64,000 nucleotides of DNA from Candidatus Lokiarchaeum ossiferum (GCA_025839675.1 CP104013.1:3233121-3297120); one strand, 5' to 3'; positions 20,203 to 31,322 are shown, numbered from the stretch's first letter. Program-made: numbers and translations. Notes: generated from the sequence alone by a model not told the origin.

Positions 20203-23200
20203 TTATTTTTTTCCATTCAAAATTTTCCAGAGATTTTTATAATCTTCTCCTTTCATTTTACTTTTTTTCTTGGGATCTATCCACTTAGAAGATTCTAGAT
20301 CACTTAACCAATTTACTACCTCGTATGAATTAACATCATATATTTTTTTATTGCTCTTACAATATATTTTACCTATTCTATTTGCAATAGTTCGCGGTAC
20401 ATTATTAATTCTCATCAGTATTCCTTCGTCAGTATTCACACCATAGTATATCATTGCTGGTAAATTGCTAAGTTTTCTTTGCTCATCGATAGACATCAAC
20501 TGCCTATCTTTATCATTATAGGTTAACTTTTGAATTGAGGATAAACCCCAAGTTGATAAATTAATAATCTTACTATATATTACAGAAATACATTTTGTTA
20601 TTGAATTTATATCTATACCACTGAAATGTAAATTAGAAATCTCATCAATTTTTTTACCACCTACCCAATCATTTATTATACTTGCAATATATGAGCCTTG
20701 TCGAAACTCATCAGCTTTTATAGAGTTCAAATCTTGACTAATTTCAGGAATTTTATCAATCATTATACCAACCATATCTGCTAAAACTCCACTCTCACTT
20801 GAAAAAATATGACTACTTGTCCAGTCTATCTCCTTTAGGTTTTTATCTTTTACTGATTTTAATGTCTTCTTAATTGTTTCTGGACAAAAACCTGTTAAAT
20901 CCGATAATTTTGCTATTCCTTTGTTTTTATCTAATTTCATTACATATTTTTCAACTGCTTCTAATAATACTTCTTTTTTCTCTTCCTCAAGTTGTCTATA
21001 TCCATACGTAGAATTTAAAGTAATTTCAAGATTTGAAAGAAAATTGCTTAAAGAATCAGCTTGATTATACATATGGGAAATATATTGAGCAAATGTTGAC
21101 CATTCCGGAAGGTAAGTAAAATCTTGTAATTCTTTGTTTTCGCCTAAAGCAATGAATTCATTTACCATTTTTACCAAAATGGATATTATTGCTTTGATGG
21201 ATTCATGAATAAATTTTGATGCTTTAATTTTCTCCTTATCATTTGTTACTATTATACCGACTGTACCTATAATACTTTGATATATTCGACCAACTCTACC
21301 AGTTAAATTCATGAAATCTGACGCAGGCATTGTTTTATATGGGTAAGAATAAGATGCCATGATTATGGATGAAACAGGAAAATTTATTCCTGCTACTATT
21401 GTCGTGGTTGATATGAGTATACTCAAATCATTATTTTTCATTAACCATTCCATTAAATATCTTATTTCATCTGGAAGACCAGCATGATGAATCCCAATCC
21501 CTTTTTCAAGAAGTTTTATTAATGGAAATTTTTCACTTATCTCATCACTTATATAGTTCATTACAAGAGATGTGTTCGCGGAATTTTTTTTCTTTTTAGG
21601 TAAAACTTGATAAAGCTCTTCAGCAAGCTTCCATGTACTATCTTTAGTTTTTACCGTAATTATAATATTCTCATTGTTTTTCTTCTTCTCTATGACTTTC
21701 TGAGCGATATATGAACTCAAAATATATTTTGTATTTTTATATTTTGAAAAAGGGTATTTTGAATGAGTTTCTTCACTTAATTTTATTTTACTCTTTATTT
21801 TTATCTTTTTATCGCTAGTTATTTTTGGTTCAAAATAGCTACTTACATTACGTTTTGATCCTTCAATACTATATAAACCAATTATACTCTGATTTGGTTG
21901 CCAATCCATTTGAATTTTTATTGAACGAGGGTTTTGTGGATCAAGCCATTCGGCAATCTGATGATTATTTGGGATAAAAGGTGTTAGAAGTAGAAATCTA
22001 TTTTTTGGGCAATCCCTCATTATCACAGATAAGAGTAACTCCAAGTTCAGCCCCCTTGTTTCATCTCCAATATTATGAGCTTCATCGATAATAGTTAATA
22101 CAAGATTTCTCTGTAGATTTTTCTCAATATCCTGTCTTACCAACAAACTAAATTTTTCTGGGGTTGTCACTAAAATATCAAAGAAATTTCTTTGATTGAT
22201 TAAATTATCTTCAAAAGAATCAATTTCCAAAGCCCCACTCATCTTTTCAACCTTTATTGAGAGTGGTTCAATACTTAAATCTCGTCTTAAATCATTTGTT
22301 ACTTGATTAACGAGAGTTCTTGTAGGTACAATATATGCAATCCAGCCCTTTTCTTCCGCAAATTGATTTAAAGCTTGGAGAATTCTAAACTTCGCAATTA
22401 AAGTTTTTCCACTCGAAGTTGGCAGATTAACAACAATTGCTTTGCTAACTGGGTTTAATAGTCCTTGTTCTAATAATGCAATTCTCTGAGGATACATGAA
22501 TTCATAAATTGGTTTAGAGGATTCTGGATTTGTTAGGATATTCGCATATTTTGAAAAACGTGAATTAATTCTATTTGCTGTATACCAAATTGAATTGAAA
22601 ATCATTTTTTTATATGTTAAATGGATTAACCTTTGAAGATAATTAAGATCTTGAAGTTGTCCTTTTTCACTATGAATTAGAGAATTTTTTTTATGAAACT
22701 CTAGTGTTTCGATAATATTTGGAGGTTTACCATGTGTCAAATATAAGGAAATTAATTCCGTTGATTTAGCAAGATGATATAGTGATGCTAGCTCATGCGC
22801 AGATTGGAATTTTTGATTTTCTGGCTTGTTATCAAGATAATTTCTTTCAAACTCGTGTTGATTTTTTCTGAGTTCAACTATCATATCAATTGATTTGCTT
22901 AAATCTTCCCATGTGTTTTTTTTAATTAAATAAAAAAAAGAATGAAAAATAGTATAAAATAATTTTTTATCCCATTTCTCCTCTTCATCTAAGTTAAAAA
23001 TAATTTTTGATTCATTTTTTGTTAGGTATCTTTGAATATCTTCCCATTTTTCCCCTAAATATGCGTATGAGGCAAGTTTAATAATAAATTTAATCTTTCT
23101 TAATGGTTTTTCTGGTATTGGCAATGTTTCCATTAATTTAAATTGATCAAAACATAATTTGGAGAATTTCTCTTTTTCAACATTTCTCTCATCTTTAGTT

Positions 23201-23418
23201 TCAAAAGCAAAATTCCAATTTTCTATAATGGCAAATTCATTTATAAAGATTAAGTTCTCAATTGATTTCAATTCTGATATGGAAAGTTGTTTTTGTTCAT
23301 TAAAATTATTGTAAATTTGCTTTTCTTTAATTATCTGGAACATTTTTATTTCTTCAGACTCATTTTTCAAATTTAAAATTTTAAAATTTTCAGCTTCCAT
23401 CTGGATTTTCTCCATCAT
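20203..23418 (-). CDS. SF2 DExH helicase (Ski2/Hel308-like core), HamB-like candidate
   Basis: Motif I LPTSSGKTLIA, Ia IVPTRTLVNQ, II IIDEAHNIG (DEAH), V ISTTTIVAGINFP and VI NLTGRVGR. An N-terminal region of about 330 aa and a C-terminal region of about 330 aa lack recognisable helicase motifs. The start overlaps the upstream gene's stop by 29 nt. Confidence 0.6.
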   Translation of the reverse strand: MMEKIQMEAENFKILNLKNESEEIKMFQIIKEKQIYNNFNEQKQLSISELKSIENLIFINEFAIIENWNFAFETKDERNVEKEKFSKLCFDQFKLMETLPIPEKPLRKIKFIIKLASYAYLGEKWEDIQRYLTKNESKIIFNLDEEEKWDKKLFYTIFHSFFYLIKKNTWEDLSKSIDMIVELRKNQHEFERNYLDNKPENQKFQSAHELASLYHLAKSTELISLYLTHGKPPNIIETLEFHKKNSLIHSEKGQLQDLNYLQRLIHLTYKKMIFNSIWYTANRINSRFSKYANILTNPESSKPIYEFMYPQRIALLEQGLLNPVSKAIVVNLPTSSGKTLIAKFRILQALNQFAEEKGWIAYIVPTRTLVNQVTNDLRRDLSIEPLSIKVEKMSGALEIDSFEDNLINQRNFFDILVTTPEKFSLLVRQDIEKNLQRNLVLTIIDEAHNIGDETRGLNLELLLSVIMRDCPKNRFLLLTPFIPNNHQIAEWLDPQNPRSIKIQMDWQPNQSIIGLYSIEGSKRNVSSYFEPKITSDKKIKIKSKIKLSEETHSKYPFSKYKNTKYILSSYIAQKVIEKKKNNENIIITVKTKDSTWKLAEELYQVLPKKKKNSANTSLVMNYISDEISEKFPLIKLLEKGIGIHHAGLPDEIRYLMEWLMKNNDLSILISTTTIVAGINFPVSSIIMASYSYPYKTMPASDFMNLTGRVGRIYQSIIGTVGIIVTNDKEKIKASKFIHESIKAIISILVKMVNEFIALGENKELQDFTYLPEWSTFAQYISHMYNQADSLSNFLSNLEITLNSTYGYRQLEEEKKEVLLEAVEKYVMKLDKNKGIAKLSDLTGFCPETIKKTLKSVKDKNLKEIDWTSSHIFSSESGVLADMVGIMIDKIPEISQDLNSIKADEFRQGSYIASIINDWVGGKKIDEISNLHFSGIDINSITKCISVIYSKIINLSTWGLSSIQKLTYNDKDRQLMSIDEQRKLSNLPAMIYYGVNTDEGILMRINNVPRTIANRIGKIYCKSNKKIYDVNSYEVVNWLSDLESSKWIDPKKKSKMKGEDYKNLWKILNGKK

Positions 23419-24232
23419 CCATTATTATTTGTTCTAGGCTTTTAATACTAAAAGGCAAGTAACAACCAATTAATTCAAGAACCATTTTTTTTTTTATAAT
23501 GCTATTTAATTTTTTAAATCGTTTTTCCAAATCCATTTTATTTGGATTGACATCTCTTATTAAAATTCCGACTATTTTATATCCACATTTGTCTGTTTCT
23601 AAGAAATATTTTAAAGCTCGAAAATAATTTTTTTTTAACTCATTATTAATGTTCAAATTAGTTGTTTTTATCGCTATGGTTCTAATTAAGTTATTTACAA
23701 CTTCTTTTTCCTCTATCAAATCTGTAAGCTGACCTTCCAATCCAGATTTTCCATAAACTACATTAGGAGGATATTTATCTGAAGAAGATGTTTTAACTTC
23801 ACCAAATAGAAACATAATAGATGATTTACCATGATTATGAAAGCCTACAATATCTGCACCTTGAATATTTGCATTTATATTCCTTGCATCATCTATATTG
23901 TCATAATAGAACTTGGCATTTCTTTCCTCTTCTAAAAAGCATTTTGCCAATGTTTCACCAATTTTCCAGTCTTTAGGTTTAAGATTGCTTGTAAATATAT
24001 CGGAAAGATTATTAACAGAAAAACCTGTTGAATCTAGCCCAAATTCAATCCAATTTTCTTCATGATCTTGTATAATTTCATTAGTACTTTCCACCGAAAA
24101 ATATTTTTCTTTTACGGTTGTTTTAACATAATCTAAAATATCATTCTCTTCAAATTCTACTCCAAAATATAATGAATCATTATTCTTTTCTTGATATACA
24201 ATCTTATAATTATTTAATCCATTAGTTACCAT
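23390..24232 (-). CDS. HamA-like (DUF1837-type) protein with a PD-(D/E)xK-like nuclease motif
   Basis: GADIVGF followed 17 residues later by LFGEVKT, i.e. D...(E)xK spacing. 280 aa, translationally coupled to the downstream helicase. Confidence 0.4.
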   Translation of the reverse strand: MVTNGLNNYKIVYQEKNNDSLYFGVEFEENDILDYVKTTVKEKYFSVESTNEIIQDHEENWIEFGLDSTGFSVNNLSDIFTSNLKPKDWKIGETLAKCFLEEERNAKFYYDNIDDARNINANIQGADIVGFHNHGKSSIMFLFGEVKTSSSDKYPPNVVYGKSGLEGQLTDLIEEKEVVNNLIRTIAIKTTNLNINNELKKNYFRALKYFLETDKCGYKIVGILIRDVNPNKMDLEKRFKKLNSIIKKKMVLELIGCYLPFSIKSLEQIIMDDGENPDGS

Positions 24233-24583
24233 AATAATTCCACATTTTTCTGCCTTTTCTAATAAATAATCTTAGAGTTATCTTTAATTAAAAGAACTTT
24301 TTCGTTTTTAGTAAAAAGATATTTATCTAAACTTTGAGTCAATTTAATATATATTCATATCTTGATACTTATAAACATACATGTAAGTATGAGAATTCAA
24401 CTTTTTTCTTGAAATACTGTATAATCATTTTTTATTCGGATGATTATCGATTGATTTAAGGATTCTATCTTATGAATTGTAATTGATCTGAAATTCCTGT
24501 TTTATTTTTAAAATTTGATACTAACTTAATTTAAATTTTCTATAAGATGGTAAGGCTCAATTTTGGTTTATTTTAATAAATGA

Positions 24584-24790
24584 AAAAAAAATAAGATTTA
24601 TAGTTTCCTAAATGCTCAATTTAAGAGTTTTAGCGAAGAAAAAACCTATTTGGAACAATTTAAAAAAATATTAGCAATTTCAAATAAGATCTCTCAAACA
24701 CAAATAGCAGATATGATGAATATATCTGAAAAACAATTGTTGTCTCTGCTAATGAACTGGAGTGATACCATTTCGTTCAAAAGTAAGTGA
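24584..24790 (+). pseudogene. Start-less gene fragment encoding an HTH-like C-terminus
   Basis: An open frame with no initiator runs from the stop codon at 24581-24583 to the stop at 24788-24790. It reads ...EEKTYLEQFKKILAISNKISQTQIADMMNISEKQLLSLLMNWSD... and contains the 39-bp repeat. Confidence 0.3.
24635..24673. repeat. 39-bp perfect direct repeat, left copy (gaagaaaaaacctatttggaacaatttaaaaaaatatta)
   Basis: Identical to 29135..29173, exactly 4500 bp away. Confidence 0.9.
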
Positions 24791-24889
24791 AAGAAAATTT
24801 TTTCAATATATTTTGAAAGGAAGGATGGCAAGATGAATTTCAACTCTCACTTCGAAAATTATTTATAGGTATTCATTAGATACTCTCCC

Positions 24890-25759
24890 ATGAAACCCAT
24901 TAAAAAAATATGGGGAATTGCATTTCTCGTACTGGGGATTGCTTCTGGAATCCCATTGGGAGAGTGCGAGGTAACCGAAGTTCCTTTGATTGCTGACACA
25001 TTTATTTCCATATCTAGCTCCTCTGGAACGGATGTTATTGCCAACTATGGCCTTTCCGAATATTTATACATAGGAGATGGATTTAACGGAGTGAGTATCA
25101 CTGCCTTACGCTTTGGTTTTTCAGGCATTAGCACCCAAGATTTGAAGTTCTCTTTTTCTGCGAAGTGCACTGTTTATGGGGATCATACTCGGAAAGTGAA
25201 GGTGTTTCAAATCCAAGATGTGTCTTGGGATGAAATTAATGTTACAGGAATCGAGAACCCTTGGGATCTTGTGGATTTATGGACAGCTAATGAAACTCAA
25301 GCAAATTTGACCTCACTTGTGGTGGGGGGAAGTACGGATTCTTTAGAATTTAATTTCACCACTGCTTTTCGCGGGGAATTAACTTTGATCCTCTGCACAG
25401 ATCCATTAGATACGAGCTGGATCACATTGAATGCTAAGGAGAATGAATATTCTTGGATGTCCCCTGCAAGCATCACCTATGAAGCATCGGCATCTACATC
25501 AACAACTTCAAGTAGTTCCCCAAATGGTTCTTCAGATGATGATTTCTCCTGGAGTGTTTTATTAGTCCCTGCTGTGATTATAGGAGGGGTGGTTCTGATT
25601 GTAAAGCTAGGAAAGAAAAAAACTGTTTCTGCCCCGAAGGCGCGCAATTTTCCCTCAAGCCCAACAGCTGCAACCTATTCAAGTAAGACGTGTATCCATT
25701 GCGGGAAATTTCTCGAAGGGACCAGTAGATTTTGTAAATATTGCGGGAAAGAATCTTAA
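24890..25759 (+). CDS. Type-I membrane/secreted protein with a C-terminal cytoplasmic zinc ribbon
   Basis: Signal peptide, Ser/Thr-rich stalk, TM helix LLVPAVIIGGVVLIV, then CIHCGKF...FCKYCGK. Confidence 0.45.
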   Translation: MKPIKKIWGIAFLVLGIASGIPLGECEVTEVPLIADTFISISSSSGTDVIANYGLSEYLYIGDGFNGVSITALRFGFSGISTQDLKFSFSAKCTVYGDHTRKVKVFQIQDVSWDEINVTGIENPWDLVDLWTANETQANLTSLVVGGSTDSLEFNFTTAFRGELTLILCTDPLDTSWITLNAKENEYSWMSPASITYEASASTSTTSSSSPNGSSDDDFSWSVLLVPAVIIGGVVLIVKLGKKKTVSAPKARNFPSSPTAATYSSKTCIHCGKFLEGTSRFCKYCGKES

Positions 25760-25854
25760 ACCCCTTTTTTATCAAAAGAAAAACTTAATCAATTTGCCCA
25801 AAAATATCAAAACAAGTACTCAGATAAAAATGCAAATTTAGAGAGTGATAACCT

Positions 25855-26928
25855 ATGAACATCTTCGAACAATATATTCAGTTTTATACCATGCATCAAA
25901 CTTGTGAACCCTTGGGATTGAACATTTGTCGCCAGTTCAGTAAATTCAGACCAGAAACCATATATCCGTTTCTAGAAGACAGTATCAAATTGTTCATCCA
26001 AATGACTCGAGATTCTAAAGAAAATTTGGTCCGATTCCGCAAATTATACAACACGTTTACTAAAAAAAATAAAATTAATGATTTAATCTATAATAATGAC
26101 TTATTACGGGCGATCTCCGAAGACATCAAATATCACCACACTCAAGTGGGCAAGATTCTTAACGCAGATATTGATTTATCCAAAGAAATGAAATATGTCG
26201 GTGTTTCAGATGATGAAATATCGATCAAAGTTAAAAAAATGCAATCCTTAGTAGAAAAAACCATACAAATGGGGAAACAAGGAGATCAAATCCCTGCAGA
26301 ACAGAATAAAAAATTCAAGGAATTAGTTTTCGAGGCCCGAGAAGATCCCCTTCATATTGAGAGAGATGTGGATCAGGTTATGCAAGACATTAAGAATCGC
26401 TATGAAAGTTTTCGGTATATTATTGGTTTTTATTTGGCTGTGTTTGATACCATCGATTCCAAATTCAAAAAAAATATTAATAAATGCTATTTCAACCCCA
26501 AACTTTCGGGATTTAGTAATATGTATCGGTATCCTGATAAATACAAATATAGTAAGTATAATCCGAGACGTGAATTACCGTGTTTAAGAACATATTTAAG
26601 AAATCCGCATAATCCCTATCCAAATATTGAACAAATTTTCAATTGGGTGTATCACAAGCAAAAAGTCAAGATGTTTCGTTTAACTGAAGCCCATAATATG
26701 CGAGATGTCAAGCAAGATCGATTGGATGAAAAGTTGTATGCAATCTATACTGGAAAAACTTTCAAGTATATTCATTTTGAGGAGATCTATACCATTCAAA
26801 ATGATCTGAGCGTGCTTTCTCAACTCATAAATTGGAATATCTTGATGGTGGGGTTGAAAATGAATTTGAGAGCGTTACATAAAGCTATTTTTGGGGTTGA
26901 TGTTTTGAAGAAAGAAAAAAAGGACTAA
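25855..26928 (+). CDS. Hypothetical protein
   Basis: Complete 357-aa ORF with no recognisable motif. Confidence 0.35.
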   Translation: MNIFEQYIQFYTMHQTCEPLGLNICRQFSKFRPETIYPFLEDSIKLFIQMTRDSKENLVRFRKLYNTFTKKNKINDLIYNNDLLRAISEDIKYHHTQVGKILNADIDLSKEMKYVGVSDDEISIKVKKMQSLVEKTIQMGKQGDQIPAEQNKKFKELVFEAREDPLHIERDVDQVMQDIKNRYESFRYIIGFYLAVFDTIDSKFKKNINKCYFNPKLSGFSNMYRYPDKYKYSKYNPRRELPCLRTYLRNPHNPYPNIEQIFNWVYHKQKVKMFRLTEAHNMRDVKQDRLDEKLYAIYTGKTFKYIHFEEIYTIQNDLSVLSQLINWNILMVGLKMNLRALHKAIFGVDVLKKEKKD

Positions 26929-26968
26929 ATTCTCTTTGCTATAGTTCATCGGAACCACAATCAATAGT

Positions 26969-27844
26969 TTATTTGATATTCTTAATGAACGATGAAGAGA
27001 AGTCTAAGATTATTCCTATGAGTGCTCCGATAATAAAAACGATGACTTCCAACCAGATTTTCTCCCATAATGATCGTATTTTTCCTGAGGGATTCACCTT
27101 TCGATGAGGCGGGAATTGATCAAAAAAAGGATCTCGGGAATATTTTTTTGGTAAATCATAATCATGGAGAACTTGATTTCCGAGTGTTTTATCCATGTCA
27201 AAACTAAACACACGAGACCGTCTACGGATTCCATGGGCCCCAATATAGATATCCTTCCATTTATCATCTGGTTGCTTCTCTTCTTTACCCTCTGGTTCAA
27301 TTTGAACCTGAAGTAAATGCGCAGTTTTTGATATCAGGAACCCTATTTGCTTGAGGTAACCGGAGGGAATTTTAATATATGGCGCCCATTTACGATTATT
27401 AACATATGGATTTATATCAGCGGCATCGAATCGTGCTTGAATAGTTTTTGGGAGATAGTTGGCTATAAAGAGATCATGCCCAAATTTTTGCTTCAACCTC
27501 CACTCTTTCTTCTTTTTTCGTGGAAACTTTGAAACCATATTCCCTTTTACTTTGGTGCTATCAGCATTAGTGTCAATCAATAAAATACGTTTATCAGGCG
27601 AATCTGTTGGAAAAAGTGTTTGATCCGATTTGTCGTCCAATTTTATTTGGATATTTGATTTCATATCTTGAATTTCAAACTCAGAAAACGATTTAGATTC
27701 CTCTTCTGTAATTTGCAGTTTTGATGATTGGGGTATAGTAAATTTTAGTTGGTTATTTTTATCACAAATCTTTAAATCCCACTTTGAAAAATTGAAGATC
27801 CAAAAATGAGAGGCATTCGTTTTATTTTCGTTTTTTCTTAACAT
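26969..27844 (-). CDS. Hypothetical protein with a C-terminal TM helix
   Basis: 291-aa ORF with a C-terminal hydrophobic segment IWLEVIVFIIGALIGIIL. Confidence 0.35.
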   Translation of the reverse strand: MLRKNENKTNASHFWIFNFSKWDLKICDKNNQLKFTIPQSSKLQITEEESKSFSEFEIQDMKSNIQIKLDDKSDQTLFPTDSPDKRILLIDTNADSTKVKGNMVSKFPRKKKKEWRLKQKFGHDLFIANYLPKTIQARFDAADINPYVNNRKWAPYIKIPSGYLKQIGFLISKTAHLLQVQIEPEGKEEKQPDDKWKDIYIGAHGIRRRSRVFSFDMDKTLGNQVLHDYDLPKKYSRDPFFDQFPPHRKVNPSGKIRSLWEKIWLEVIVFIIGALIGIILDFSSSFIKNIK

Positions 27845-28149
27845 CAGAAAGTCTCCTTGCAGTATAAATTTGGATATTTAGTTATTTTTGAGATATAGTA
27901 TTTAAACTTTTATTATTAGGGAGATAAGAAAAGAACTCGGGAGAGGGACCAATATCATTTCTGGCTATAATTTAATAGACAAGACACAATGCAAAATGAA
28001 ATCATGATAGGTTTTAAGGGGTATTACCCCCGTAACATCTGTATTTGCCCTTCATGAGGGCAAACCATATAGACATAAACTTTAACCAGCGATATGAGTA
28101 AATTTATCATTATACTAAAATTAACATGAGAATTATTCCTATATCTTCA

Positions 28150-28407
28150 TACTCTCTCTAATAATATTTTATCAAAAACTCCGAATTTTTTACTGCTGAA
28201 TATATCCAATATCATTTTCATTAATTTCTTTATTATACTTGTATTTGGAGTGAACATACCATGATAGTCCCGTTTGAGCGAGATCCCAAAAAAAAATCTC
28301 GCATTAGGCGATACTAAGGCCCAGTATCCCTCATCTGGCCAATTGGCATATATTTTAGCTTCAGTATCAGCATCATTTTTTTTTCCAAATATTCATTATT
28401 CACCTAG
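28150..28407 (-). CDS. Possible unannotated small ORF (GTG start?) or gene fragment
   Basis: Minus-strand frame open for about 85 codons (VNNEYLEKKNDADTEAKIYANWPDEGYWALVSPNARFFFGISLKRDYHGMFTPNTSIIKK...ILLERV*). No ATG at the 5' end, and the composition is non-random. Confidence 0.2.
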
Positions 28408-28506
28408 AAGAATAGGGCTGTTTACACTTTAAAACGGGAAAGGCTAAAATTTTTTATGGGAAGTAGAAGATAACTTCAAAAGGAGTTAACCGAGCAAATA
28501 GGAAAA

Positions 28507-29127
28507 ATGACAATGGAAAAAAAATTCGGAGAAGTATTCGGGAAATATAGAATTACAGACAAAGAATTTTGGTTTAAAACCAATGAGAAGGAATATCGAT
28601 TTCCCGTAAAGGATGTGAGGATTGAAATTCAAAGACCCAAATATTCAGGACCCTTCTATTTTGTTCAATATAACGACAAATCCATTGATTTGGAGGATCT
28701 GAGGACTTATTGCTCAGAAATAAACAAAAGTCTTTTGAAATATCATGTATTCATGAAAAAAAAGAAGTATATCCGGATCATCAAAGAATTAGTCTCTGAA
28801 TTAAAAGAAGGGGATGAAGTAAAACTCGAGGAAGCCCTTAGTGTGGTTAAGGAAGAATATAAAATTTTACATGCAAAGGAGATTCGGGGAGTGTCCAAAA
28901 AAGTTTGGTCTAAACATCCTCAACGAACAATCTTAATTCCCGATTCCTTTCTTGAAAATTTCTTTCGTTTAATAGGGGAACATATTTCAGGGTTTGAATT
29001 CGTGAGGTTGAAAAAAACTATTCGCATGAAGTCTGATATCTCCACTTCCCTCGATCAGATCGATGTGTTATTTGCAGACTGGGATTCGAATCCCCAAAAA
29101 TATAAAAAAAGAACACTGGTTGATTGA
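28507..29127 (+). CDS. Hypothetical protein, paralog of the C-terminal half of 32104..32856
   Basis: GFEFVRLKKTIRMKSDISTSLDQIDVLFADWD aligns with GFQYIRLKESIRYSKEILPLSANLAQLDNLFIEWD. Confidence 0.4.
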   Translation: MTMEKKFGEVFGKYRITDKEFWFKTNEKEYRFPVKDVRIEIQRPKYSGPFYFVQYNDKSIDLEDLRTYCSEINKSLLKYHVFMKKKKYIRIIKELVSELKEGDEVKLEEALSVVKEEYKILHAKEIRGVSKKVWSKHPQRTILIPDSFLENFFRLIGEHISGFEFVRLKKTIRMKSDISTSLDQIDVLFADWDSNPQKYKKRTLVD

Positions 29128-29134
29128 AACGGAA

Positions 29135-29173
29135 GAAGAAAAAACCTATTTGGAACAATTTAAAAAAATATTA
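29135..29173. repeat. 39-bp perfect direct repeat, right copy
   Basis: Identical to 24635..24673. Confidence 0.9.
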
Positions 29174-31322
29174 ATCTCTTTCTGTTTTTCCCACAATCTC
29201 TCTTCTAATTCTTCATATATATCTTTACTCAGTTTTAAGTTCAACTTCTCCGACACATTCTTGTTGTGCCGAAGGGTTTAAAAAAAATAAGTAAGTCCCA
29301 TTATTTATTTTTGATGTAAATAGAAAAGTTCAATATCTAAAGATTAAAGTGAAATTAAGTGAATTAACTTAGCTGAAAAGTAAACATTAAAATAGGGAGG
29401 TTTCCTTATTATTGTTTCGGGTAATTTTAGCATAGTTTTAAATAGGCGTCGTGTTTTTAGTAACTTGTAAAAATGATTTCTATAGATTATGTCCAAATCA
29501 CGTAAATTCTGGAAGAGATGTGCCTCATGGGTGAAGGAGAACATCTTTGATTTGATATTTTTATCTCTTGTAATCTACGAACTCTTCATTAAGTAGGTTT
29601 TCTAAGAGATTAGTCACCCACCATTTTTTTTCTCTTTAGACTAATTTATTGGTCCACCAACATCATTGCTTTTAAATAATTATTCTCTCTGGAAGTGTAC
29701 GATGACTCCTAAAAGAGTGAAAGCTGGTGCTGGTCCTTTTTCCTTTGAATGGGAAAATTGGATGAAAGATGATAATGCAGATATCAAACGAATTAAAAGA
29801 ATCGTTGATTCGTGGATTATCGCAATTGATATGGGTGGAGCAAGTATAACTGATGCAGAAATGACAAGTTTTTTTAAAATAATGCGTAGTTATGGACATC
29901 TTGTGAAATTGAAGGATGATAAGGATTACTTAGAAAAATACAAAAAACTAAATGATTACTATAAAGAAAATTTCGAGTTCGGTGCGATTACCGTACGTAG
30001 AAGGCGGTAGTTATTTAAGATATTGTTTGTTTCGCCTTCCAGCAATTACTATACCATTTTTACAGTAATTACAAATACACTGCTTATGGTATTCATGTCC
30101 CACTGTAGTATAACATCCACAGGCATCACATATTACAGGGTCATCATAGTGTTTTTCTTCAATCATATTTCCATAGGCAAAGGGGAAAACATATGCAAGG
30201 AAATGACAGCGTTTACAGAGGCGTTCAAAATAAATGGAGATTTCATTGTTGTATCAGATATTGAAGAATTTACAAAAAATTTAGACTCGATTGAGGAAAT
30301 TGTTCGATTGGTTTCGAATTGATTCTAAAAGTACTAAAAAAGAAAATGAACATCCAAATGTTGCCAAGATCTTTCAAACTCCTTCAATCGATCTAAATGT
30401 AATTCTTTTCAAGTGGTTCTATTACATGACTCAACATGATTGGAAAAATGTGATTAAATTTTGTAGAAATTTGACATACAAAAATATTATTCTAAATTTC
30501 TTTGAGGGAAATTCACACAATCCAGGGATTGCTACTGGTGCTGATAGAGTTCGGTTTTATTCTGGAACTTTCAATTTTATTTGTAACATGAAAAATTCCA
30601 CAACTTTGCTACCAAATTCTATGGGGAGAGAGATTGACGAGGTGAGAGATATCAAAAGCTTCAATATTGTACTACAAGAAAAATTAAGTTAATTTAAGGA
30701 AATTTATTCTCCTTTGCATCTTGTCGATCTAATTAAAGAAATTGAAGAATTTCGGGACAATTTGATTCTAAATAACTATCACTATGCTTTTATACCCGAA
30801 AATCGTTCTAAATTAGAAACAATTTGCAAATTAATCGATTTTACATGCGTAATAAAAAAAAATAGAATAAATATTGATCAAGGAAGAAGTCATATACATA
30901 TCTCTAGAAATGAATTGAATGAATTTGATCTTCATTTAATTTTCTTTTCAAGAGAAATAAACGTTGTATGTGTGAGAAAATTAAATTTAGACACTGGAAA
31001 CTATTTGATCATAATGCAGCTTCTGCTCCTTCTCAAAAAATAATCGCTTCCTTTTGTAATTTGATGATAAATAAAATCAAGGAACTTTTTTTTTCTGATT
31101 AAGGAAATACAAAATAATAAAGAGCAAAATTATTAATTTAAAATGTCTGTAGATAAAAAACGTGATAATTTATGAACATCTTTGAACAATAAATTCAGTT
31201 CTATACTATATTTAACTATGATCATAAGTCTGAATTCATAAACTAGGACATTTTTGGGAGAATTACAAAAAAATTAGCTGAAATAATCTAAACAAGACAG
31301 AACAAGATGAAAAAAGAATTTT

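Noticed and set aside
28020-28080. Hairpins ggggtattacccc and tttgccct-tcatg-agggcaaa as an ncRNA or terminator
   Set aside because: Perfect short stems but no tRNA-like or recognisable RNA-family structure. Could be a terminator for 26969..27844, but this is unproven.
24635-29173. Integrated mobile element with integrase
   Set aside because: Direct repeats are present but no tyrosine/serine recombinase, transposase or RT-like ORF lies inside or adjacent. Kept only as a repeat-bounded segment.
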